From an uncultured Actinomycetes bacterium (lineage in GTDB: Bacteria > Actinomycetota > Thermoleophilia > Gaiellales > JAICJC01), in the NCBI GenBank assembly GCA_963809205.1, contig CAWEIS010000004.1:87001-151000 (forward strand): a DNA stretch of 64,000 nt. Reading direction: 5' to 3'. Shown here in pieces: positions 48,040-56,504 of this stretch; within the stretch, counting starts at the first letter, position 1, and each line of letters opens with the position of its first letter. A model generated the notes under the pieces. That model ran no database searches and was not told the DNA's origin. It worked only from the letters and a program-made list of their open reading frames with translations. Position numbers and translations under genes: made by a program.

Positions 48040-48578
48040 GCCGGCTGATCCTGGTGCCGACGGCGCTCGAGGCCGGCCTGCTCGGCCTCGGGGACGATGT
48101 CGTCGTCTGCGGGTTCGGCCTGGTCGAGGCGGCCGTCGGCGCGTCTCGGGCGTTCGCCGACCACGCACCCGACGAGGCCGTGCTGGTCGGCGCGGCCGGC
48201 ACGTATCGCCCCGATCGGGCGCCGGTGGGCTCCGCGCTGATCGCCTCCGCGGTGCGCTGCCAGGGCATCGGCGTCGGGGAGCAGAGTGCCGCCGAGCTCG
48301 GCTGGACGGAGCTGGACGTGATCGAGCTGGGCGGCGACGGGGGTCAGCTGCTGTCGGTCGCGGCGGCGTCGGAGGACGAGACACGGGCAATGGCCCGGGC
48401 GAGCCTCCACCCGGAAGCCGTCGCGGAGGAGATGGAGGCATTCGCCGTCGCGCTCGCCGCGCTGCGGTTCGGTGTCCGGCTGACCGTCGTCCGTGGCATC
48501 TCGAACGTCGCCGGTGACCGCGACCAGTCGCGCTGGCGGCTGCGCGAGGCGCTGACGGCGGCGCGCGCGGTGATCTAA
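48036..48578 (+). CDS. mqnB: Futalosine hydrolase-like nucleosidase (MqnB, PNP/UDP family)
   Basis: GTG 48036 overlaps the nadA stop (GTGTGA). 180 aa reading LILVPTALEA...GFGLVEAA...GAAGTY...EEMEAFAVALAA...VVRGISNVAGDRD. Adjacent to mqnD. Confidence 0.6.
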   Translation: MSRLILVPTALEAGLLGLGDDVVVCGFGLVEAAVGASRAFADHAPDEAVLVGAAGTYRPDRAPVGSALIASAVRCQGIGVGEQSAAELGWTELDVIELGGDGGQLLSVAAASEDETRAMARASLHPEAVAEEMEAFAVALAALRFGVRLTVVRGISNVAGDRDQSRWRLREALTAARAVI

Positions 48579-48587
48579 CCTGCCCGC

Positions 48588-49439
48588 GTGCGGTTGCGGG
48601 TCGGCATCTCCACGTGTCCCAACGATACGTTCGCGTTCCACGCGGTGATGGAGCGGAAGGTCGACATGCGCGGCCTCGAGCTCGAGTTCGAGCTGCATGA
48701 CGTCCAGGAGCTGAACGACCGGCTGTTCGCCGGCGCGTACGACGTGTCCAAGGCCAGCTATCACGCCGCGCTGCTGCTGGCCGGCAGCTACGGCCTGCTC
48801 CGCGTCGGCTCGGCGCTGGGCTTCGGCGTCGGCCCGCTGCTTGTGTCAGCGTCTCCCGGCGCGGAGCTGACGCCCGCGTCGCGCGTGCTCTGTCCCGGCG
48901 CGACCACGACGGCCACCCTGCTCTTCCGCTGCCTGCACCCCGACGTGCCCGGCATCGAGCAGCGCGTGTTCTCGGACATCGTCCCCGCGCTGCGCCGCGG
49001 CGAGGCCGACTTCGGCGTGCTGATCCACGAGGGCCGGCTGACCTACGAGCGGGACGGCCTGAACCTGGTCGAGGACCTCGGCACCTCGTTCGAGCAGCTG
49101 GCCCAGGCGCCGGTGCCGCTGGGCGGCATCCTGGCCCGCCTCGACCTGCCGGACGACGTGCCCGACCGGGTGGCGGCCGTGCTCCGCGACTCGATCGCCT
49201 ACGGCTGGGCGAACCGCGGGGAGGTGCTGGCGACCATCCGCCGCTACGCGCAGGAGCTGGACGAGGACGTGATCTGGCCCTACGTCGAGCTGTACGTCAA
49301 CGACCACACGGTCGACTTCGGCGCCGAGGGCCTGCGCGCGATCGAGACGCTGGAGCGCACCGCCGAGGCCGCCGGAGTGATCGACCGGAACCTGACGCCG
49401 GTCCGGATCCTGGAAACCACTCCCGTCGGTCTCCCCTAG
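48588..49439 (+). CDS. mqnD: 1,4-dihydroxy-6-naphthoate synthase (MqnD, futalosine pathway)
   Basis: 283 aa reading MRLRVGISTCPNDTFAFHAVMERKVD...DVQELN...YDVSKASYHA...LIHEG. The SxCPNDTF motif distinguishes MqnD from MqnA. Confidence 0.75.
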   Translation: MRLRVGISTCPNDTFAFHAVMERKVDMRGLELEFELHDVQELNDRLFAGAYDVSKASYHAALLLAGSYGLLRVGSALGFGVGPLLVSASPGAELTPASRVLCPGATTTATLLFRCLHPDVPGIEQRVFSDIVPALRRGEADFGVLIHEGRLTYERDGLNLVEDLGTSFEQLAQAPVPLGGILARLDLPDDVPDRVAAVLRDSIAYGWANRGEVLATIRRYAQELDEDVIWPYVELYVNDHTVDFGAEGLRAIETLERTAEAAGVIDRNLTPVRILETTPVGLP

Positions 49440-49472
49440 CCCGATCCGTTCATGTGGGCAATGGCATTGCCG

Positions 49473-49832
49473 TCAGCGCGAAGTCGGCGAGTGCCCGAAA
49501 AACCAGCGCTCGAGCGGCCCCTTCAGCTCGCCGTCCGTGAACGGCTCGACGGACTGCTCGATGCCGTCGCCACGGGAGATCTCGAGATCGCTGGTCAGCG
49601 CGTCGTTGGCGGCGGCGACCGCGTCCCCCATCTCGTAGCCCTCGAACACGTAGTCGTCCGGGTGCACCGCGCCGTCGGGACGCTCCTCCAGGGACACGGC
49701 CCGTCCGACGCCCCACAGCGCCCCCGCTCGCCGCTCGATCCAGATCGTGACCGACTCGTGGCCTCCGTCCTCCCCAACGCCCTTCACCCGCCGCTGGGCG
49801 AACCACTCACCATGCACGCCGTTCTGTCGCAT
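49473..49832 (-). CDS. Hypothetical protein, no recognisable domain
   Basis: ATG 49832 lies 7 nt after GGAGGA. 119 aa reading MRQNGVHGEWFAQRRVKGVGEDGGHESVTIWIERRAGALWGV...YVFEGYEMGDAV...PLERWFFGH. High third-position GC is consistent with coding. Confidence 0.45.
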   Translation of the reverse strand: MRQNGVHGEWFAQRRVKGVGEDGGHESVTIWIERRAGALWGVGRAVSLEERPDGAVHPDDYVFEGYEMGDAVAAANDALTSDLEISRGDGIEQSVEPFTDGELKGPLERWFFGHSPTSR

Positions 49833-49902
49833 CGATCGTCCTCCCTGGTCGGCCTCTAGCAAAGCAGGCCGCGCCGCCGGCCGCAACACCTATTATCGGC
49901 AC

Positions 49903-51009
49903 ATGCACGAGACGGCCCAGCTCGCCCGGCGGCTCGTGGACGAGACGGTGCGGCCGTCCGTGCGCAGCTGGGAACGCGCCGCCGCGTACCCCCGCGAGGT
50001 TGCGGCCGGCAGCGGGCTGACCGGGCTGTTCGTCCCGGCGGACGCCGGCGGCCTCGACCTCGGTTTTGAGGACGGGATGGCGGTGTTCGAGCAGCTCGGA
50101 CGGGGCGACGCGGCGTTCGCGTTCTCGCTGTCGATGCACAACGCTGTGGCGTCCGCGATCGCCCGGGCGGCGCCGCCCGACGTGGCCCGCCGGTGGGCAG
50201 CCCGGCTGGCCGCCGGCGCAGCCCTGGCTGGCTTCTCGCTGACGGAGCCGCATGCCGGATCGGATGCGACCGCGATCACGACGTTCGCCACCGAGACCGG
50301 CGACGGCTGGCGGATCGACGGCCGCAAAGCATGGGTCTCGCTGGCCGGAGAGGCGGACGTGTTCCTGGTCGTCTGCAAGACGGCGCGGGAGCCGGGTCAC
50401 CATGACATCGCCGTGTTCGCGGTCGATCGCCGATCCGACGGCGTCAGCTTCCCGGTGATCTACGAGACGAACTGCGCGCGCTACCTGCCGATCGGCGAGA
50501 TGACGCTGGACGGCGTTCACGGCGACCTGGTCGTCCCGCCCGGGGCCGGCATGCGCGCGGCATTGGGGGCGATCGACGTCGCCCGCTGCGACATCGCCGC
50601 GATCGCCTGCGGCGTGCAGGCCGAGGCGCTCGACATCGCGCTTCTCCAGGCCCGGGAGCGGCGCGTCGCCGGCGGCCGGCTGCTCGAGATGCAGGGCGTG
50701 CAGTGGCAGCTGGCCGACCTCGCCACCGACCTTGAGGCATCGCGACTACTCGTTGGCGCGGCCGCCCGGGCGCTGGGAACGCCGGAGGGGCCGGTCGCGG
50801 TCGCCCATGCCAAGCGGTTCTCCCCCGACGCGGCGCTGCGGGCAGCGATCACGGCCAGCGAGCTGCTCGGCGCCTACGGCTGGCTCGACGAGCACGATCC
50901 GGCGCGGCTGATCTCGCTCGCCAAGATGCTGCAGGTGGTGGACGGCACGGCCGAGATCCAGCGCATCGTGATCGCCCGCGACCTCGTGCGCCGGGCGGAC
51001 AGCGCCTAG
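49903..51009 (+). CDS. Acyl-CoA dehydrogenase family protein
   Basis: ATG 49903 is in frame with ORF 49747..51009. 368 aa reading ...FSLTEPHAGSDATAI...DGWRIDGRKAWVS..., with the C-terminal ...AKMLQVVDGTAEIQRIVIARDL. TATTAT (49891-49896) lies 6 nt before the ATG, suggesting a leaderless transcript. Confidence 0.8.
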   Translation: MHETAQLARRLVDETVRPSVRSWERAAAYPREVAAGSGLTGLFVPADAGGLDLGFEDGMAVFEQLGRGDAAFAFSLSMHNAVASAIARAAPPDVARRWAARLAAGAALAGFSLTEPHAGSDATAITTFATETGDGWRIDGRKAWVSLAGEADVFLVVCKTAREPGHHDIAVFAVDRRSDGVSFPVIYETNCARYLPIGEMTLDGVHGDLVVPPGAGMRAALGAIDVARCDIAAIACGVQAEALDIALLQARERRVAGGRLLEMQGVQWQLADLATDLEASRLLVGAAARALGTPEGPVAVAHAKRFSPDAALRAAITASELLGAYGWLDEHDPARLISLAKMLQVVDGTAEIQRIVIARDLVRRADSA

Positions 51010-51491
51010 CTCGAGGAGAAGTCCTCGGGGCTGACGTCCTCGAGGAACTTGCGGAACTCGTCGACGATCTCGTCCTGCTCCTCGGGCTCCCCGCCGAACT
51101 CGATCGCGGAGTCCTCGATCACCTGGTCGGACACGAAGATCGGGGCGTCGGTGCGCACGGCCAGGGCCAGCGCGTCGGACGGCCGCGAGTCGATCTCGAC
51201 CTCGGAGCCGTTGACCTGCAGGGTGATGATGGCGAAGAAGGTGTTGTCGCGCAGCTCGGTCACCGAGATCTTGGCGACGGTGGCATTCAGCTCGCCGAGC
51301 ATCTCGGTCACCAGATCGTGCGTCATCGGCCGCGGCGTCGGCGCACCCTGCATCTTCATCAGGATCGCTGCGGCCTCCGGGTGGCCGATCCAGATCGGCA
51401 GATACCGGTTCCCTTCGAGCGTCTTCAGCAGCACGATGGGCTGCTTGCCCACCATGTCGAACGAGACGCCGTAGATGGTCACCTGCTGCAC
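51006..51491 (-). CDS. Bifunctional nuclease family protein (DUF151/BFN)
   Basis: 161 aa reading ...QPIVLLKTLEGNRYLPIWIGHPEAAAI...RPMTHDL...ITLQVNGSEVEIDSRPSDALALAVR. Confidence 0.85.
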   Translation of the reverse strand: MQQVTIYGVSFDMVGKQPIVLLKTLEGNRYLPIWIGHPEAAAILMKMQGAPTPRPMTHDLVTEMLGELNATVAKISVTELRDNTFFAIITLQVNGSEVEIDSRPSDALALAVRTDAPIFVSDQVIEDSAIEFGGEPEEQDEIVDEFRKFLEDVSPEDFSSS

Positions 51492-51531
51492 GCGGGACCG
51501 ATTCTAGCGAAGGCCCCGGGTGCGTCCGGGA

Positions 51532-51605
<74 letters not shown>

Positions 51606-51648
51606 GGGGGCCGACAGGATACCAGGGAGCGCGCCGCCGGCGGCGGGC

Positions 51649-52527
51649 TCACTCTGCCCAGGAAACGCGCTCGGCGCGGAGCTGGTCGATGATCCTGCCG
51701 AGCTCCGCCGGCGTCTCGAACTTGATCTCGACCGCGCCGCCGCTCTTGCCGCCCTTGACCGCCGCCTTCAGGTGCAGCGACTGCCACGCCGCGTCGACCG
51801 CCAGGTTGGCGAGCTCCGCGTCGATCCACTCGGCGATCGCGGCTGTCGCCTTCGGCCGCCGCGTCGATCCGGAGGCCAGCCTGCGGGCGGCCTCCTCGGT
51901 CTCGCGCACCGACAGACCGCGCTTTGCCGCCTGGCGCGCCAGCGCAAGCCGCTCGTCCTGGCCCGGCACCTGCAGCACCGCGCGGCCGTGGCCCTCGGAC
52001 AGCGTGCCGTCCTCGATCAGCCCCAGCGCTACGTCTGGCAGCTCGAGCAGCCGCATCGTGTTGGCGACCGCCGGGCGGCTCTTGCCCACCCGCCGGGCGA
52101 TCTCGGTCTGGCTGAGGTCGAGCTCGTCGGACAGCACGGCGTACGCGCGAGCCTGCTCGACGGCGTTCAGATCCTCGCGGGCGACGTTCTCGGCCAGCGC
52201 CAGGATCAGCGAGTCGCGATCGTCGACCGGGCGCACCAGCGCCGGGATCGTCCGCAGTCCTGCCAGCTTGGCGGCCCGCCACCGGCGCTCGCCGGCGACG
52301 ATCTCGTAGCCGTCGCCGCCGTCCCGCACGATGATCGGCTGCACGACGCCGTCGTGCTTGATCGACTCGGCCAGTGCGTCGATCGCCTCGCGGTCGAACG
52401 CCTTGCGGGGCTGGCGCGGGTTGGGGCGGACCTGCGAAAGCTCAAGCTCCATCATGGAGACCTGGCCGGCGGGGAACTCGGCCACGAGCGCGGCCAGCCC
52501 ACGTCCCAACCCCCGGTTCTTACCCAC
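51649..52527 (-). CDS. parB: Chromosome partitioning protein ParB
   Basis: 292 aa with GLGRGLAAL, QPRK.FD, VQPIIVR, IVAGERRWRAAKLAG and an HTH (LSQTEIARRVGKSRPAVANTMRLL). GTG start overlaps the parA stop. Confidence 0.92.
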   Translation of the reverse strand: MGKNRGLGRGLAALVAEFPAGQVSMMELELSQVRPNPRQPRKAFDREAIDALAESIKHDGVVQPIIVRDGGDGYEIVAGERRWRAAKLAGLRTIPALVRPVDDRDSLILALAENVAREDLNAVEQARAYAVLSDELDLSQTEIARRVGKSRPAVANTMRLLELPDVALGLIEDGTLSEGHGRAVLQVPGQDERLALARQAAKRGLSVRETEEAARRLASGSTRRPKATAAIAEWIDAELANLAVDAAWQSLHLKAAVKGGKSGGAVEIKFETPAELGRIIDQLRAERVSWAE

Positions 52528-53273
52528 GCTCCACGACCTCCAGCGCCACCCGATAGTACGCGTCAGCCCCCGCGCTGCGGGAATCGTACCGCGTGATCGG
52601 CTGCCCGTGGCTGGGAGCCTCGGCCAGGCGCACGCTGCGCGGGACGACCGTGTCGAAGACCAGGTTGCCGAAGTGCTCGCGCACCTCGGTCGCGACGTCG
52701 CTGGACAGGCGCGTCCGGCCGTCGAACATCGTCAAGCAGGACACCGGTAACGCCGAGACGGGGATTCAGCCGCGTCCGCACCAGCTCGACGCTCTGCAGC
52801 AGCTGCGCCAGCCCCTCCAGCGCGTAGTACTCGCACTGCACCGGCACGATCAGCCGGTTGGCGGCAGACAGCGCATTGACCGTCAGCAGCCCCAGCGACG
52901 GCGGGCAGTCGACGAACACGTAGGGGAACCGTTCGCCGGTGTCGGCCAGCAGGTCGCGGAGCAGCGTGTCGTTCTGCGATAGCTCGACCTGGGCCGCGGC
53001 CAGGTCGGGATGCGAGGGGACGAGCCACAGGTTGTCGACGTCGGTCTCGACCAGCACCTCGTCGAGCGGGCGGCCGTGCAGCAGGTCATAGCTGCTCCCC
53101 TCCAGGTTATCGGGGCGGTATCCCAGGCCGGTGGTCGCGTTCGCCTGCGGGTCGAGGTCGATCAGCAGCACCGGAGTGCCGGCCTCGGCCACGCACGCCG
53201 CCATGTTGATCGCGGTCGTGGTCTTGCCGACCCCGCCCTTCTGATTGGCAAGCGCGTAGACCCGTGACGTCAC
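52520..53273 (-). CDS. parA: Chromosome partitioning ATPase ParA/Soj, interrupted by a +1 frameshift as assembled
   Basis: GTG 53273 overlaps the rsmG stop (GTGA). VYALANQKGGVGKTTTAINMAA...LIDLDPQANAT...VFVDCPPSLG...RLGVTGVLL is in one frame. TMFDGRTRLSSDVATEVREHFGNLVFDTVVPRSVRLAEAPSHGQPI... is in the next (ORF 52520..52744). Break near 52731-52737. Span is 754 nt = 3n+1. Confidence 0.88.
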
Positions 53274-53909
53274 GCATCCGATGGTAGCGATGGCAGCGGA
53301 CGCTTCCCGGCCATGCCGGGCCGCCGCGGAAAGCGCTCCGGCGTCGGACCGAGCTTGCCGACCACCACCAGCCGCCGCGCATCGTCCACGCGACGGACGT
53401 CCACCACCTCGGCGCGCCAGCGCCCCGGCCACGTTGTCGAGTGGCGCGGTCTCGATGTCGCCCGTCCAGACGATCAGCCGGCCGCCGGGCCGGACGAGCG
53501 GCAGGCACAGCTCCAGCGCGACAGGGGGCGGCGCCAGCGCCCGCGCGACCGCGACGTCGAACCGGTCGCGGCCCTCCCCACGCGCGTACTCCTCGGATCT
53601 GGCGTGGACGACGTGCGCCGCCAGTCCGATTTCGGCCGCCGTGCGGCGCAGAAAGGCCGCTTTCGGCCGGGTGGCCTCGAGCAAGGTGGCATCGAGGCCG
53701 AGCTCGAGTGCGAGCGGGATCCCGGGCGAGCCGCTGCCGGATCCGACGTCGACCAGCGTGCTCGCGTCCGGCGCGACCAGCTCGGCCGCCGTTAGCGCGT
53801 CCTCCACGTGCCTCCGCCAGAGCTCGTCCGCGCCGCGGATGCTGGTCACGGACACGTCGGCCGAGGCCAGCAGCTCGCAGTAGCGGCGCAGCGCCTCGGG
53901 GTGTTTCAC
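53270..53909 (-). CDS. rsmG: 16S rRNA (guanine527-N7)-methyltransferase RsmG/GidB, interrupted by a +1 frameshift as assembled
   Basis: MKHPEALRRYCELL...VDVGSGSGSPGIPLAL...GGRLIVWTG...AGALA, then the tail AEVVDVRRVDDARRLVVVGKLGPTPERFPRRPGMAGKRPL...* continues in the next frame. Break near 53411-53418. Span is 640 nt = 3n+1. Confidence 0.82.
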
Positions 53910-53917
53910 GTGTTACA
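53902..53917. promoter_or_regulatory. parS-like site (14/16 match to TGTTTCACGTGAAACA)
   Basis: TGTTTCACGTGTTACA. The left half-site is perfect and the right half has 2 mismatches. It spans the jag stop codon and the rsmG start codon. It is the only such site I could find by eye in the window. Confidence 0.45.
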
Positions 53918-54646
53918 CCTCGTCGTCGCCGGCGGGCAGCACGACCACGTGGCGGTTGGGCTCCAGCCCCTCGCTGGCCGTCGCCAGCCCGCCCAGCTCC
54001 TGCACCTTCGTGTGCACGATCTTGCGTTCCGTTGACGTCATCGGCTCGAGCGCGTACGGCTGGCCGGTGCGCCGCACCTCATCTGCCGCGCGCACGGCCA
54101 CCTCGGTCAGCGTCCGCTCGCGGCGCTTGCGGTAGCCCTGGGCATCGATCACAGCCTCCACGCCCTTCAGCCCGCGCCGGTGCAGGGACGCATTCACCAG
54201 GTACTGAATGGCGTCGATCGTCTGCCCGTGCTTGCCGATCAGCAGTCCCAGCTCGGGGCCGCGCGCGGTCGCCACGACCCGGCCGTCCAGCTCCTGGACA
54301 TCCACGTCGGCATCCAGTTCGAGGCCGGTGAGCACACGGTCGAGCATCTCGCGGACGGCGGCGGCGGCATCGCTGTCGCCCTCGACGGCATCGCCGCGGC
54401 CCTCATGGCGCGACGGCAGGCGGTGGCGTCGCCCTCGGCCGGCACCTCGGTCAGCGTCGCCAGCACCCGCGCCGGCTCGTAGCCGACGCCCAGCAGCCCG
54501 CGCTCGCCCTCGGTCAGCACGACGAACTCCACCCGGGCGCGGTCAAGCGCTGGATACCGCCGCTCCAGCTCGTGCAGCGCGGCCCACCGCGCCTCCCCGA
54601 CGGTCTCCCCGGCCGCCTCGACCTGGACGGTCTCCGGCGCGCTCAT
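53913..54646 (-). CDS. jag: Jag/SpoIIIJ-associated RNA-binding protein (Jag_N + KH + R3H), interrupted by a -1 frameshift as assembled
   Basis: The N-terminal part is ORF 54239..54646 (MSAPETVQVEAAGETVGEARWAALHELERRYP...VLTEGERGLLGVG). The KH/R3H part is ORF 53913..54347 (LLIGKHGQTIDAIQYLV...EPMTSTERKIVHT). The frames join as ...EGDATALPSRHEGRGDAVEGDSDAAAAVREMLDRVL with one base missing near 54415-54427. Span is 734 nt = 3n+2. Confidence 0.82.
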
Positions 54647-55437
54647 CGCCGTCGCTTGCTCTTTCCGCGCGGACGCTGCTCGGGGGGCTTCTTGGGCGGC
54701 GTGCGGGACGACCGGGTCTGCGTGGCCGCCTTCTGCTTCTGCTCCTTCTCAACCGCCGGGAAGTGGTGCGCCATCTGCCGCTTGACGATCCCCTGCTGGC
54801 AGATCGTCCAGATGTTGGTGGTGATCCAGTAGACGCCGACGCCGGCCGGCACCCGCAGGATGAACGGGATGAAGATCACCGACATGCTGGCGAACAGGTA
54901 CTTCTGCTGGCGGTCCTGGACGAACGAGAACAGCAGCGTCGAGCCGAGCATCGAGCTCGAGTACAGCAGCACCATCAGCACGGTCTGCCACCGTGGAAGG
55001 TTGTTGGTGTGCACGAAGATGTCGCTGATGAACAGGAACGACTTGTCGTTCGTGGCACCGAAGTTGCTGAGCGTCTGGTACAGGCCGATGAAGATCGGCA
55101 TCTGGACGACGAGCGGCAGGCAGGAGGCGAACGGGTTGACGTTGTTCTCCTTGTAGAGCTCCATCAGCTCCTTCTGCATCTGCGCCTTCGAATCGCGGTC
55201 GCTCTTCCCCTTGTACTTGTTCTGCAGCGCCTTCACCTTGGGCTGGATCCGCTGCATCCCGGCCATGTTCCGGAACTGCTTGATGGTCAGCGGCAGGATC
55301 GCGATCCGCACCGTGGCGGTCAGCAGCACGATCGACCAGCCCCACGACCCGCCGATGTGGTCGTGGTAGAAGACCAGCAGGCTGTTCAGGATGTCCTCGA
55401 TCTGCTGGAGGACGATGAAGTGGATGATCAGCATCAC
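54643..55437 (-). CDS. yidC: Membrane protein insertase YidC (short, Gram-positive type)
   Basis: 264 aa with WGWSIVLLTATVRIAILPLTIKQ, MQRIQPKVKALQNKYK, NPFASCLPLVVQMPIFIGLY, GVGVYWITTN and a basic C-terminal tail. Confidence 0.92.
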   Translation of the reverse strand: MMLIIHFIVLQQIEDILNSLLVFYHDHIGGSWGWSIVLLTATVRIAILPLTIKQFRNMAGMQRIQPKVKALQNKYKGKSDRDSKAQMQKELMELYKENNVNPFASCLPLVVQMPIFIGLYQTLSNFGATNDKSFLFISDIFVHTNNLPRWQTVLMVLLYSSSMLGSTLLFSFVQDRQQKYLFASMSVIFIPFILRVPAGVGVYWITTNIWTICQQGIVKRQMAHHFPAVEKEQKQKAATQTRSSRTPPKKPPEQRPRGKSKRRR

Positions 55438-55688
55438 GGCGCCGCGACCTTCGGCTCGTCACCGGGCACCGGGTCGTATCCACCGCGCGACCATGGGTTG
55501 CAGCGCAGCACCCGCCAGGCGGCCAGGCCGACGCCACGGACGACGCCGTGCCGGCGAACCGCCTGCTCGGCGTAGCACGAGCAGCTGGGGTGGTACTTGC
55601 AGGTGCGCGGCGTCAGCGACACCATCGTCTGGAACGGCACCAGCATCAGGCGCAGCGCGCGCATCGCCCAGATGACCAGCGTCCTCAT
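55434..55688 (-). CDS. yidD: Membrane protein insertion efficiency factor YidD
   Basis: 84 aa with CKYHPSCSCYAEQAV..HG and RVLRCNPW..GGYDPVP. Confidence 0.9.
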   Translation of the reverse strand: MRTLVIWAMRALRLMLVPFQTMVSLTPRTCKYHPSCSCYAEQAVRRHGVVRGVGLAAWRVLRCNPWSRGGYDPVPGDEPKVAAP

Positions 55689-56077
55689 CGGGCCGACGGC
55701 CTCTCGGACGCGGCACGCAGCAGCTCCCCGACCTGCTCGCTGAGCCAGGCGAAGCCCTGCGTGTCGAGCACCTCGTAGACGCCGGCGCGGGCGATGAACA
55801 CGTAGTCCGTGGCCGGCTGCAGCAGCTCCTCGTTGCGATCCACGGCCTCGCGAAGCCGGCGCTTCACGGCATTGCGCTCGACGGCGCCACCCACCTTGCG
55901 GGGGACGGCGAAACCGACCCGGGGCAGGGTGCCGCCCTCAGCCTCGCGGAAGCGCAGCGTCAGGTAGCGGCCGGCGACCGAGCGACCGAGGCCGGTGACC
56001 GCGTCGAACTCGGCGGCACGGGTAAGGCGGCCGCGTCGGGCCGGTGCCGCCGGGGCAGCCGGGGGTTCCTGGGTCAC
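55685..56077 (-). CDS. rnpA: Ribonuclease P protein component
   Basis: 130 aa reading ...RVGFAVPRKVGGAVERNAVKRRLREAV. Lies between rpmH and yidD. Confidence 0.88.
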   Translation of the reverse strand: MTQEPPAAPAAPARRGRLTRAAEFDAVTGLGRSVAGRYLTLRFREAEGGTLPRVGFAVPRKVGGAVERNAVKRRLREAVDRNEELLQPATDYVFIARAGVYEVLDTQGFAWLSEQVGELLRAASERPSAR

Positions 56078-56089
56078 GTCAGAGGTATC

Positions 56090-56224
56090 TCAGGCAGAGA
56101 GGCGCTTCCGCCCGCGTGCGCGACGCCGCTTGAGGACGGCGCGGCCAGCCCGGGTGCTCATGCGCTTGCGGAAGCCGTGGGTCTTGGCGCGCTTGCGGGT
56201 GTTCGGCTGATACGTGCGTTTCAT
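56090..56224 (-). CDS. rpmH: 50S ribosomal protein L34
   Basis: Hand-translated 44-aa [47 protein letters not shown]. Below the ORF-track size cut-off. The track ORF 56079..56405 is a wrong-frame artefact. Confidence 0.95.
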   Translation of the reverse strand: MKRTYQPNTRKRAKTHGFRKRMSTRAGRAVLKRRRARGRKRLSA

Positions 56225-56277
56225 GGCCGACGGTCAGTATAGAGCAGCCCGGTCGCGGGCCACCCCGACAGATTTCC

Positions 56278-56450
56278 TGTGGAAAACCACTGCGGGCGGG
56301 GACGGACGGCGGGCGCGGGCAAAGGCCGTGGAAACTGCCACATTCAGCTTGCCGCGCGCGCCGTGTGCGCGCTGTCCACACCTGTGGACGAGACTGTGGA
56401 CGCATCAGGAAAATCCCTGCAAAATGGGCTGATTATGCGAATCCGCATAA
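56278..56450. other. DnaA-box cluster and inverted repeat in the rpmH-dnaA intergenic region (oriC part 1 / dnaA promoter region)
   Basis: Boxes, read as the TTATCCACA-like strand: TTTTCCACA (rc of 56278-56286), GTTTCCACG (rc of 56327-56335), CTGTCCACA (56372-56380), TCGTCCACA (rc of 56383-56391), GCGTCCACA (rc of 56395-56403). A perfect 7-bp inverted repeat TTATGCG-AATC-CGCATAA (56433-56450) sits in an AT-enriched stretch. Confidence 0.6.
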
Positions 56451-56504
56451 CGTGACCATCCGGTGTCGCACCGCCCTCGCCGCCGCGTTAGACTCGCCGT
56501 TCCG

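Noticed and set aside
49457-49471. Small hairpin GGCAAT-GGC-ATTGCC after mqnD as a terminator
   Set aside because: It has only a 6-bp stem with a 3-nt loop and no U-tract. That is too weak to call.
56079-56405. 108-aa minus-strand ORF in the rpmH-dnaA gap
   Set aside because: It is in the wrong frame. The same DNA encodes a perfect 44-aa L34 (56090-56224), and the remainder is the DnaA-box region.
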